Assembly (NCBI GenBank): GCA_963715985.1
Contig: CAVQSP010000020.1
Location: 192,001 to 256,000 of the forward strand
Direction: 5' to 3'
Length of the DNA stretch: 64,000 nt
DNA from: an uncultured Thermoleophilia bacterium
GTDB lineage: Bacteria; Actinomycetota; Thermoleophilia; UBA2241
Shown: positions 42,149-50,318 of the stretch, one piece after another
How the letters are laid out: each line of letters starts with the position of its first letter
Position numbering within the stretch: the first letter of the stretch is position 1
Made by a program: the position numbers and the translations under genes
Notes under the pieces: model-generated
Database searches by the model: none
What the model saw: only the letters and a program-made list of their open reading frames with translations
Told to the model about the DNA's origin: nothing

Positions 42149-43033
42149 ATGTCGCGCCGCACACCCCCTCACGCGCCGCCCGACCTGGACCCGGCCGTGG
42201 TCTCCGCCCTTCAGGAGCGCATCCTCGGCTGGTACGCAGCCAACCGCCGCGACCTGCCCTGGCGCCGCACCGCCGACCCCTACGCCATCCTCGTCAGCGA
42301 AGTGATGCTGCAGCAGACGCAGGTCTCGCGCGTGGTCCCCAAGTACGAGGCCTTCGTTGCCGCCTACCCGGCCCTGGAGGACCTCGCTGCCGCCCCGCTC
42401 GGCGACGTACTCACGCTGTGGCAGGGGCTCGGATACAACACCCGGGCGCGCCGCCTGCGCGAGTGCGCGACCGCCGCGGTGGCGGCCGCGACGTGTGCGG
42501 CCGCGGCGGATGAGCTCGCGCGGGAGAGTGACGCGCGCCGGGCCGCCCTGCCGCGCACTCTGGACGGCCTTCGCCGTCTGCCCGGGCTGGGGCCGTACAC
42601 GGCGCGCGCGGTGCTCATCTTCGCCCACAACGACGACCTCGCGGCGGTGGATGCCAACGTGCGCCGCGTGCTCACGCACGAGCTGGTCCTGGGGCTGGAC
42701 CTCGCGGACCGCGACCTGCAGGCCGTCGCGGACACCGTGCTTCCCCACGGGAGAAGCAGAGACTGGCACAACGCCTTGATGGACTACGGCGCCCTGGTGC
42801 TGACGGCGCGCACCACGAGGATCCCGTCGCGCACGCAACAGAGCACCTTCGAGGGGTCACGGCGCTGGCACCGGTCCCGCCTCCTGCGCGCACTCCTCGA
42901 GCACGGTCCCATGCACGAGGCTCAGCTGCCCGCGCTGCTCGGCCTCGACGAGGGCGCCGCCGCCGAGATCATCGCCGTCCTGGAGGCGGACGGCCTCGTC
43001 TGCAGGGACGGCGGCGCGATCCACGTCCCCTGA
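42149..43033 (+). CDS. HhH-GPD A/G-specific adenine glycosylase-like (MutY-like, no Fe-S Cys motif, no NUDIX domain)
   Basis: RDLPWR, SEVMLQQTQV, WQGLGY, LPGLGPYTA, VDANVRRV, ALMDYGA. Confidence 0.85.
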   Translation: MSRRTPPHAPPDLDPAVVSALQERILGWYAANRRDLPWRRTADPYAILVSEVMLQQTQVSRVVPKYEAFVAAYPALEDLAAAPLGDVLTLWQGLGYNTRARRLRECATAAVAAATCAAAADELARESDARRAALPRTLDGLRRLPGLGPYTARAVLIFAHNDDLAAVDANVRRVLTHELVLGLDLADRDLQAVADTVLPHGRSRDWHNALMDYGALVLTARTTRIPSRTQQSTFEGSRRWHRSRLLRALLEHGPMHEAQLPALLGLDEGAAAEIIAVLEADGLVCRDGGAIHVP

Positions 43034-43058
43034 GCGGGCCGGCAGGCGTGCGCGTCGC

Positions 43059-43379
43059 TCAGGTGCGGAACATCGTCAGGAGGAAGACGAGCTCCTCCCG
43101 CGCGCGCACAGCGTGCCGCAACTCGGCCGGCATGTAGTACAGCTTGCCGGGTCCCGTCTCGTACTCGACTCCGCCGAGCACTACTGTGCCCGCTCCGCGC
43201 AATACCTGGATCACGGCCGGGACGCTGGCCGTGTGCTCACTGAGCTCCTGCCCGGGCGCCAGCGTGAAATGGATGATCTTGTGGTGGTCGTTCTCGACGA
43301 TCGACTTGCTCACGATGCCCTGGTCGGCTACCTGCGTCATCTCGTCAAGGTCGACGACCAGCGGCTCTGACCCGTCCAT
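43059..43379 (-). CDS. Cupin domain protein
   Basis: GIVSKSI, FTLAPGQELSEHTA, YMPAELRHAV. Confidence 0.85.
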   Translation of the reverse strand: MDGSEPLVVDLDEMTQVADQGIVSKSIVENDHHKIIHFTLAPGQELSEHTASVPAVIQVLRGAGTVVLGGVEYETGPGKLYYMPAELRHAVRAREELVFLLTMFRT

Positions 43380-43487
43380 GATTGCCTCCGTTTCGCGAAC
43401 GTGTGGATGCTCCCCCTGAGACTACCCCGGCCCCACGACGCCGAACTTGACCTTCGTCAGGCGCGTTGGCGCCTGCTATCACGGTGT

Positions 43488-43534
43488 TTGACATTCACGC
43501 AAGGGGGAGATATAGTTTGTGATGAACTTCACAG
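43488..43534 (+). promoter_or_regulatory. Near-consensus sigma70 promoter with Rex/CRP-type operator
   Basis: TTGACA-17 nt-TATAGT immediately followed by TTGTGATGAACTTCACAG. Confidence 0.8.
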
Positions 43535-43561
43535 TAATGGACTATTTTTAGGAGGGTCGCC

Positions 43562-43702
43562 ATGACGAATATCGCCACGATCATCAAGCGTTTCTTCGAG
43601 GGTACCGGTCACGTCGTGAGCACGCCCTCCGGCGACGCTCGCGGCCACGTCCGCGAGAAGGACTTCATGACACAGGACCTCACCGCCGGCACGCGGTTCT
43701 GA
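43562..43702 (+). CDS. Small protein A (46 aa), not in ORF track
   Basis: AGGAGG SD; MTNIATIIKRFFEGTGHVVSTPSGDARGHVREKDFMTQDLTAGTRF; paralogous to the next ORF. Confidence 0.8.
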   Translation: MTNIATIIKRFFEGTGHVVSTPSGDARGHVREKDFMTQDLTAGTRF

Positions 43703-43724
43703 TCCGGTCGACAGGAGGCCACCC

Positions 43725-43862
43725 ATGCGCACCAACGTCATTCGCTCGATCGGCCGGTTCTTCGCCGGCACCGGCGCCGTCATCGCCACGCCCTCGGGCG
43801 ACGCCCGCGGCCACGTCAGGGTCTATGCCGACACCACTGTGACCCGAGGCCGCAGCTTCTGA
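43725..43862 (+). CDS. Small protein B (45 aa), paralogue of A, not in ORF track
   Basis: AGGAGG SD; MRTNVIRSIGRFFAGTGAVIATPSGDARGHVRVYADTTVTRGRSF. Confidence 0.8.
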   Translation: MRTNVIRSIGRFFAGTGAVIATPSGDARGHVRVYADTTVTRGRSF

Positions 43863-43871
43863 GACACACGA

Positions 43872-43968
43872 GCTGCGTGCGACCCCCCCATTCGCACGCA
43901 GCCTCTCTCGAAGGCCTCCCGCTCCCTGGCCCGGCCCACCACGCCAGGGGATCTCGCGGGAGGCCTTC
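43872..43968 (+). terminator. Two hairpins downstream of the small-protein pair
   Basis: GCTGCGTGCGA..TCGCACGCAGC and GAAGGCCTCCCGC..GCGGGAGGCCTTC inverted repeats. Confidence 0.55.
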
Positions 43969-44004
43969 TGTATGCCTCACCCATCGGCGCGAGTCGAGAC
44001 TCGT

Positions 44005-44051
44005 TTGACAGATGATGGATTGTGGAATACATTTTGTGCAGGAAAGCACAA
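44005..44051 (+). promoter_or_regulatory. Sigma70 promoter with Rex/CRP-type operator
   Basis: TTGACA-17 nt-TACATT immediately followed by TTGTGCAGGAAAGCACAA. Confidence 0.78.
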
Positions 44052-44081
44052 AATGCCATTGATTACGCTGAGGAGAAGGCC

Positions 44082-44240
44082 ATGAACACCCGACTGGGCC
44101 GCATGATCGATCGACTGTTCTTTGGTGGTAGCCGGTCGGATGACGTGAGCCTGCATGAGTCGCAGACCACGCGCCACGCCCGTCCCGGCGTCGAAGACCC
44201 TGCCCGGTACGACAGCGGCGCCTCGGTCTACTTCCACTGA
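44082..44240 (+). CDS. Small protein C (52 aa)
   Basis: GAGGAG SD; MNTRLGRMIDRLFFGGSRSDDVSLHESQTTRHARPGVEDPARYDSGASVYFH. Confidence 0.7.
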   Translation: MNTRLGRMIDRLFFGGSRSDDVSLHESQTTRHARPGVEDPARYDSGASVYFH

Positions 44241-44290
44241 CACTCGCGGGTGCGGCCGGCTGACGCCGGCCCGCGGCTCATACGCGCGCA

Positions 44291-44346
44291 AAGGCCCCCG
44301 GCCGCTCCACCCGACGAGTCGGGTGGAGCGGCCGGGGGCCTTCTTC
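44291..44346. terminator. Long bidirectional terminator hairpin
   Basis: 25-bp perfect stem AAGGCCCCCGGCCGCTCCACCCGAC / complement, between convergent genes. Confidence 0.75.
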
Positions 44347-44377
44347 ACGTACGCATGTCTCTGGAAGTGATGCAGCC

Positions 44378-45691
44378 TCAGGCCGGGAAGTACTCCGGGT
44401 AGCTGCGCGGCTTGGTCTTGCGCCGCTGGTAGGTGTGCGCCAGTTCGAGGAAGATGCCCACGTCGCGCTCCAGGTCGCCCTGGGTGCCGTCGAAGTAGAA
44501 GACGCGGATGGGCATGTTCTCGAGGTCCTTCTGCAGGCTGGGGTACACGGCCTCGGTGACGATGCCGTTCATGCAGGTGAACGGGCTGATGTCGATGATG
44601 CCGTCCGCGCCCTTGCCGTACAAGTAGACGGCCTTGCCGCTGCTCAGCACCATCTCCCCCAACGCCCCGGTGTAGGGCAGGTACGGGTAGCTGAGCTCGA
44701 GCACCTGGCCGACGTCCTCGGGCTCCTCGTACCCGACGAAGTCGTCGTGGAACGGGCCGTACAGCGCGTGTTCGTCGGAGCGCATGATCCTGCTCTTCAG
44801 ATAGCGGTAGGCGTTGTCCTTGGAGAAGCGGCGCTTGGTCTCGATGAGGCGGCGGCGCTGCTCGTCGTCCGTGTACCACACCCACTCGCCGATGTCGGCC
44901 AGCCAGCACTCCCCGCCCTGCTCCTCGACCACACGGATCAGGTCGAAGTTGGAGAAGGTGTTCTGGCGGCAGAAGATCTCGCCGACCACGCCGATGAGGG
45001 GCCGCGAGCGGTCGTAGGCGGCCGGGATGGCGCGGAAGCGGTCGCGGGCGGCCAGCATGGTCGGCAGGATGGCCGCCATACGCTCCTTGTGCGAGACGCC
45101 GTTGAGGCTGACGGCCTCGCCGACCTCCTTGAGGCTCTGATGGTAGGCCGCGTCGGTGCTGCCCTTCTCGAGCTCGTAGGGCCGCGTCTTGAGCAGGAGC
45201 TTCATGAGGATGTCCTGCGTGAGCACGGCCCGCCAGGCCGTACGGATGAGGTCGCTGGAGTAGCTGCCGATGGACGAGTAGCCGTCGCTCGAGGTGATGG
45301 TGATCACCGGCACGTCCGCGTAGCCGAGCTCGCGGAACTTGGCATTGATGAGGTGCAGGTACTGACCGAAGCGGCAAGGCCCGTTGGCCGTGGGCATGAG
45401 GAAGGCGACGTTGTCGCGACCCTCGTCCTCGATGATGCGCAGGAAGTCGCCCATGGTGATCTTCTGGGGGTAGCACTCGTCACCCGACGTCACGCGGCCA
45501 CCCAGGTCGAGCGTGCGCTCGTCGGAGTCGCTCGTGGGCCACGCGTCGAAGCCGATGGAGCGGATGGCCGCGGCCAGCAGGTAGGTGCCGCCGTACGGCA
45601 TCTGCGGCAGATAGAGGCGCCGGCCCTCGAGGCCGAAGTCCTTGATGGCCTGCTGGATGCGCGCGTCCTGCACGACGTCACTTGGCGACAA
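44378..45691 (-). CDS. 2-hydroxyacyl-CoA dehydratase/reductase-like subunit (PlsR-like)
   Basis: GDECYP, GPCRFGQY, IGVVGEIF, GALGE, ISPFTCMNG. Confidence 0.8.
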   Translation of the reverse strand: MSPSDVVQDARIQQAIKDFGLEGRRLYLPQMPYGGTYLLAAAIRSIGFDAWPTSDSDERTLDLGGRVTSGDECYPQKITMGDFLRIIEDEGRDNVAFLMPTANGPCRFGQYLHLINAKFRELGYADVPVITITSSDGYSSIGSYSSDLIRTAWRAVLTQDILMKLLLKTRPYELEKGSTDAAYHQSLKEVGEAVSLNGVSHKERMAAILPTMLAARDRFRAIPAAYDRSRPLIGVVGEIFCRQNTFSNFDLIRVVEEQGGECWLADIGEWVWYTDDEQRRRLIETKRRFSKDNAYRYLKSRIMRSDEHALYGPFHDDFVGYEEPEDVGQVLELSYPYLPYTGALGEMVLSSGKAVYLYGKGADGIIDISPFTCMNGIVTEAVYPSLQKDLENMPIRVFYFDGTQGDLERDVGIFLELAHTYQRRKTKPRSYPEYFPA

Positions 45692-48600
45692 CGGCCACCT
45701 CCTCCTCGGGGGCGCAGAGGTGCTCGCGCGCCTCGCCGGCCTGCGACCACCAGCGCAGGAACCCCTTACTGTCCAGGTAGGCCTCGCAGCGCGTCATGGC
45801 TCCGGCGTCGTTCTGATGCTCGTCGAACTGCAGTGTGAGGAACGGCTTGCCGGAGGCCTCGCGCACGTAGTGCTTGATGTACGAGTCCGGGCCGCACTTG
45901 AAGTTGGTCATGTAGATGATGTGCAGGTGGTCCTGCCCCTGCACGTAGGTGGCGGCCTGCAGGATCTTGCGCCCGTAGTTCCAGTACATGTTGGGGACGA
46001 CGGGGCTGACGTCGATGCCCTGGATGGGCAGGAAGTCCAGCGGGATCACATTGACGCCGTAGAACTTGCGCAGCTTGCGCGGGATGTCCATGTTCACGCC
46101 CTTGTCGTACATGTTGTACGGGCGCCCGATGAGCACGATGCCCAGCTCGCCGGAGCGGCGAAGGGTGTCCAGGGCTTCGTCGCCGGCGACACGCAACGCA
46201 GCGCGGAACTCGTCCTGGGCCACGAAGGCGCGGTCCAGAGCGGCGCGCAGCCGTCCCTTGCTCACTCCCAGCGTGGCGGCCATCGGAGCGAGGTCGCGGA
46301 GCAGACCCTCGCGGCCCTCGCGGAACATCACGCGCGGGGCGAGGAACTTGTCCTTGTACTGCTGGAGCGCCGGGGCGGAGCGCACCACGAAGGGCAGCGT
46401 CTGGCCCCACGGGCAGGCGTGTGAGTTGTAGGAGGTGAACTCGCTCTCCTCGTTGACCTGGTTGGGGAGGAAGACCCAGTCCACGCCCTGCTGCAGCAGC
46501 CACTGCGCATGACCGTGCGCCACGCGGATGGGGAAGCAAGGCTCGGCCACGGTGAGGTCCACCCCGGCCTCGCGGATCTGCTTGTCGCTCTCCGGCGACA
46601 GCACGGGGCGGACGCCAAGGTCCGCGAAAAGCGTCGCCCAGAAGGGCAGCCTGTCGTACGTGTACATGGCGCGCGCCAGGCCGACGGTGGGCGCGGACTC
46701 GCCCAGTCGCGCGCGCGCCTGCTCGTACGCCGCCAGGAGCTTCTCCTCGCGGAACGCTACGAGGTCGGCGATCACGGGCTCCTTGTCCACCTTGGCCGGC
46801 TTGCGATACCGGTCCGAGCACTTGTCGCCCCAATACGTCTTCTGGCCCTCGATGGTGAACTGGCGCACATCGCACTCGTTGGAGCAGGCCTTGCAGACGA
46901 AGTCGACCACGGTGTAGTCCACCTCGCCGAGGTCCCAGCCGCGGAACGAGCTGGGCTCGCCGGTGCGCTGCACGCGCTCGCGCGCGAGCAGGGCCATGCC
47001 GAGCGCGCCGATCACGCCGTTGTGCGGCGGCACGATGATCTCCTTGTCCAGGATCTGGCTGAAGGCCGCGGCCACGGCGTCGTTGTAGGCCGTGCCGCCC
47101 TGGAAGAAGATGCACTCCCCGACCGTGCGTTCGCGCACCAGGCGGTTGAGGTAGTTGGTCGCGATCGAGAAGGCGAGCCCGGCGACGAGGTCGTCGCGCC
47201 GGGCCCCACGCTGCTGGTACGCCATCACGTCCCGCTCCATGAACACCGTGCAGCGCTCCCCCAGGCGGATCGGAGCCTTGGAGCTGAGAGCCAGCTCGGC
47301 GAACTCGCCGATGATGTTGATGCCGAGCTTCTCTGCCTGCTCCTCGAGGAACGACCCCGTGCCGGCGGCGCACGCCTCGTTCATGGCGAAGTCCACGACG
47401 ATGCCGTCCTGCAGGCTGATGAACTTGGAGTCCTGGCCGCCGATCTCGAAGATCGTGTCGACCTGACGGCCGATCTTGCGGCTGATGAAGTCGGCGCCGG
47501 TCTTGTGGGCGGTGATCTCGTCGGTGATGATGTCCGCCCCGCACAGCTCGCCGATGAGCTCGCGGCCCGAGCCGGTGGTGCCCACACCCAGGAGGTTGAT
47601 GCGCGCCCCGAGCTCTTCGTGGATGTCCTGCAGGCCCTTGGTCACCACTTCGACCGGACGCGCGTCGGTCTTGGTGTAGATCTCCTTGATGACGCGCCCG
47701 TCGTCGTCGATGACCACGAGATTCGTGGACACCGAGCCGATGTCGATACCCATGAAGACGTCGATCGGCGCGCCGTTGCCTGCGAACTCGAAGGGTTCGG
47801 CCATGTCGCGCAGCAGCAGCACCTTGTCCATGGAGAGCGGCTCGGTCACGGGGAAGTCGGCGGCCGGCAGGCGGCTGGCGTCCAGCGTGGACATGGCCGC
47901 GCGCACCGACTCGTAGTCGGCCTCGATGAGCGCCGCTCCCACGGCGCCGAGCTCGGCGTGATACTCGGGGATGAAGAGGTCGCCGGGCTCCAGGTCGAAG
48001 GCCTCCAGGAGCGCCTGCACCGCGCCCTTGTTGGCGGCTACGCCGCCGATGAAGGCGATGGGCGGCTCCACGACCTTGCCCTTGGCGATGGTGCCCTTGA
48101 AGTTGCGCATCACGGCGTCGCAGAGGCCGCGCAGCACCTCGGGCGGCTGATAGCCCTTCTGCTGGGCGTGGATCATGTCCGACTTGGCGAACACGCTGCA
48201 GCGCCCGGCGATACTGGCGGCCTTGCCGGCATCCAGCACGATGTCGCCGACGTCCTCGATGTCGTAGAGCAGGCGGCTGGCCTGCTGGTCCATGAAGGAG
48301 CCGGTGCCGGCGGCGCAGTCGCCGTTCGACTGATAGTCCGTGATGCCGTGGCAACGCGCCTCGTCGTCCGGCTCGAGCCTGATGAACTTGGAGGTCTCGC
48401 CACCCATCTCGAAGATCGTCCGCGTCTCCGGATACAGAGCGCTGACGCCGCGCGTGATCGCCTTGAACTCGTTCTCGAAGCTGGCCGTGAGGGCCTGCCC
48501 GATGAGCCGGCCGCCCGACCCGGTGACCCGCACGCCGGCGATCTTGCCCTCGGGCAGCACGGCGACGAGCTCGTCGAGCAGCGCCTGAGTGGCTGCGCCC

Positions 48601-48794
48601 GGGCTGCCCTTGATGCGACGGTAGCGCGCCACGAGCACGGGCCGGCCGTCGACCATGGTCAGACCGTCGGCGGGAAGCTCGAAGAGTTCGGGATGCGCGG
48701 AGAGGAGATCGGAGTAGAGAGTGAGGTCCTCAGCCTCTCCGGCCAAGGCCGCTTTGAGGCTGATGCAGCCGATGTCGATACCGAGAGAAGTCAT
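45678..48794 (-). CDS. Double CoA-activase (BcrAD/BadFG ATPase) + DUF2229 protein (PlsA/Ger-like)
   Basis: Two ASKHA modules (GIDIG, EMGGETSK/EIGGQDSK, CAAGTGSF, RCSVF/RCTVF), CKACSNEC, EPCFP, GRPYN, FKCGPD. Confidence 0.88.
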   Translation of the reverse strand: MTSLGIDIGCISLKAALAGEAEDLTLYSDLLSAHPELFELPADGLTMVDGRPVLVARYRRIKGSPGAATQALLDELVAVLPEGKIAGVRVTGSGGRLIGQALTASFENEFKAITRGVSALYPETRTIFEMGGETSKFIRLEPDDEARCHGITDYQSNGDCAAGTGSFMDQQASRLLYDIEDVGDIVLDAGKAASIAGRCSVFAKSDMIHAQQKGYQPPEVLRGLCDAVMRNFKGTIAKGKVVEPPIAFIGGVAANKGAVQALLEAFDLEPGDLFIPEYHAELGAVGAALIEADYESVRAAMSTLDASRLPAADFPVTEPLSMDKVLLLRDMAEPFEFAGNGAPIDVFMGIDIGSVSTNLVVIDDDGRVIKEIYTKTDARPVEVVTKGLQDIHEELGARINLLGVGTTGSGRELIGELCGADIITDEITAHKTGADFISRKIGRQVDTIFEIGGQDSKFISLQDGIVVDFAMNEACAAGTGSFLEEQAEKLGINIIGEFAELALSSKAPIRLGERCTVFMERDVMAYQQRGARRDDLVAGLAFSIATNYLNRLVRERTVGECIFFQGGTAYNDAVAAAFSQILDKEIIVPPHNGVIGALGMALLARERVQRTGEPSSFRGWDLGEVDYTVVDFVCKACSNECDVRQFTIEGQKTYWGDKCSDRYRKPAKVDKEPVIADLVAFREEKLLAAYEQARARLGESAPTVGLARAMYTYDRLPFWATLFADLGVRPVLSPESDKQIREAGVDLTVAEPCFPIRVAHGHAQWLLQQGVDWVFLPNQVNEESEFTSYNSHACPWGQTLPFVVRSAPALQQYKDKFLAPRVMFREGREGLLRDLAPMAATLGVSKGRLRAALDRAFVAQDEFRAALRVAGDEALDTLRRSGELGIVLIGRPYNMYDKGVNMDIPRKLRKFYGVNVIPLDFLPIQGIDVSPVVPNMYWNYGRKILQAATYVQGQDHLHIIYMTNFKCGPDSYIKHYVREASGKPFLTLQFDEHQNDAGAMTRCEAYLDSKGFLRWWSQAGEAREHLCAPEEEVAVVAK

Positions 48795-49088
48795 GGGTGA
48801 AAGACGTGTACCTCCTGCGGGCCGAACCCGCCTAGCCGACCAAAAAGACTACCGTCCCCGGCGGTCTCCCGCAAGCTGGCTGAACAAGAGTACGTTACTC
48901 CTGTTTCTCAGTCAACGGCCCGTCCGGCGGGCCGGCGGGCCTATGCGCCATCGTGCACCCGGGTGACCGCGGTGATGTCATCCCCCCGCGCTCTTCGTGA
49001 GCCTGTGAGAGCGGCCGGCGCGCCGCTACGCTGCCTGCACGGCGCGCCGGCCGGCCGCCCCCGGCAATCTCCATCCCTGGGAGCACCC

Positions 49089-49880
49089 GTGAACGAATCG
49101 ACCACGCTCACCAACCGCGAGCGCCGCGAGAACGTCGCCTTCCTCGGCCAGGCGTTCGCCGCGGCACAACGCCAGCCGGCCGACGTGCTCGACGCCGACG
49201 AACGCGAGCGCTTCGCCGCCGAGCCCGGCGAGCAGGCCAGGCTCTTCTTCAAGCTCCTGTGCTACGGCGCCCTCGCCGCGCAGCCCGCCCCCGAGGCCGT
49301 CGTCGACGCCGACTGGCGGCGCCTCGAGGCGGCGGGGGTCGTCGACGCCCTGTTCGCCGACGAGTTCGACCTCAAGCGATACGCCCTCGACCCTCCAGTC
49401 TCGCGCACCGACAGCAAAGGCAAGGTCATCGACTTCGTCCGCCTCGCCGAGGCGCGCGACACCTGGAGCAGGCTCCTGCCGCAGCCCGACGACCCGGACG
49501 TCGCCGTGGACGTGCTGCACGCGTCCTCGGGGGGCGCGCTCAAGTCGCGCGCCTTCTGGGCCGTGCGCGAGATGCGGCGCCACAAGCTGTGGCAGGACGA
49601 GGACCTGGACCGCTATGCCTGCGTGCCGGACGGCCGCGTGCGCAAGCGCGCCGTGCGCATGGGTCTCATCGATCTGCCGGAGAAGGCGGACACGTTCGCC
49701 GACATGAAGGCGGTGTCACGAGCGCTGCACGCCGTGTTGCGTCTCGGCGAGGCACCCGATGGGGCCTTCGACCTGCCCATCAGCACCGCCGACATGCGCT
49801 GCGAGATCTGCGACGCGGCGCGCATGGCGGCCTGCCCCATCCCGCATTGCCGCTGGCGCCGGGAGCACGCCGTCGCCTGA
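49089..49880 (+). CDS. Hypothetical protein, possibly divergent HhH-GPD/EndoIII-like with C-terminal Cys cluster
   Basis: VPDGRVRKRAVRMGL resembles the xVDxHVxRxxxRLG motif; C-terminal CEIC...CPIPHC. Confidence 0.5.
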   Translation: MNESTTLTNRERRENVAFLGQAFAAAQRQPADVLDADERERFAAEPGEQARLFFKLLCYGALAAQPAPEAVVDADWRRLEAAGVVDALFADEFDLKRYALDPPVSRTDSKGKVIDFVRLAEARDTWSRLLPQPDDPDVAVDVLHASSGGALKSRAFWAVREMRRHKLWQDEDLDRYACVPDGRVRKRAVRMGLIDLPEKADTFADMKAVSRALHAVLRLGEAPDGAFDLPISTADMRCEICDAARMAACPIPHCRWRREHAVA

Positions 49881-50116
49881 GGTGAACACCCCAGAACGCC
49901 GCCGGAGCCCCGCCGGAGCAGAGGGAGGCTCCGGCGGCCTCGTGGAGCCGTTTCTGCGCGGAGATGGCGTCAAGCTGCGGTGAGCGGCCCGGCGGAAGTC
50001 AGGTGAGAGACCCACCCCTCTCTAGTGCGGGCGCCCTATGCTCACCGCGCCTCCGAAGGGAGATAACACTGGTGAGAGTCGAGTGGAGCGACTCGCTAGC
50101 GGAGAAAGGGGGCGTC

Positions 50117-50260
50117 ATGAGCGGCTGGGAGATCCTCGCATGGCTCGCCGTGGCCGTAGTGACCATCCTCCGCGTTGCGCTCGTGGTCGGGCTGATCGCC
50201 TTGATCGTCCTGGTCGCGCGCGGCGTATGGAACTATCACGCGCCACAGCCGATGTCCTGA
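50117..50260 (+). CDS. Small membrane protein (47 aa)
   Basis: AAAGGGGG SD; MSGWEILAWLAVAVVTILRVALVVGLIALIVLVARGVWNY... Confidence 0.6.
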   Translation: MSGWEILAWLAVAVVTILRVALVVGLIALIVLVARGVWNYHAPQPMS

Positions 50261-50318
50261 CGTCACAGCTCTGACGTCACAAGCGTGAAGCGCCGGCTCG
50301 AGAACATGGGCCGGCGCT

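Noticed and set aside
50258-50281. Tandem TGACGTCACA repeat
   Set aside because: Lies between convergent gene ends, where an operator is unlikely; probably a small duplication.
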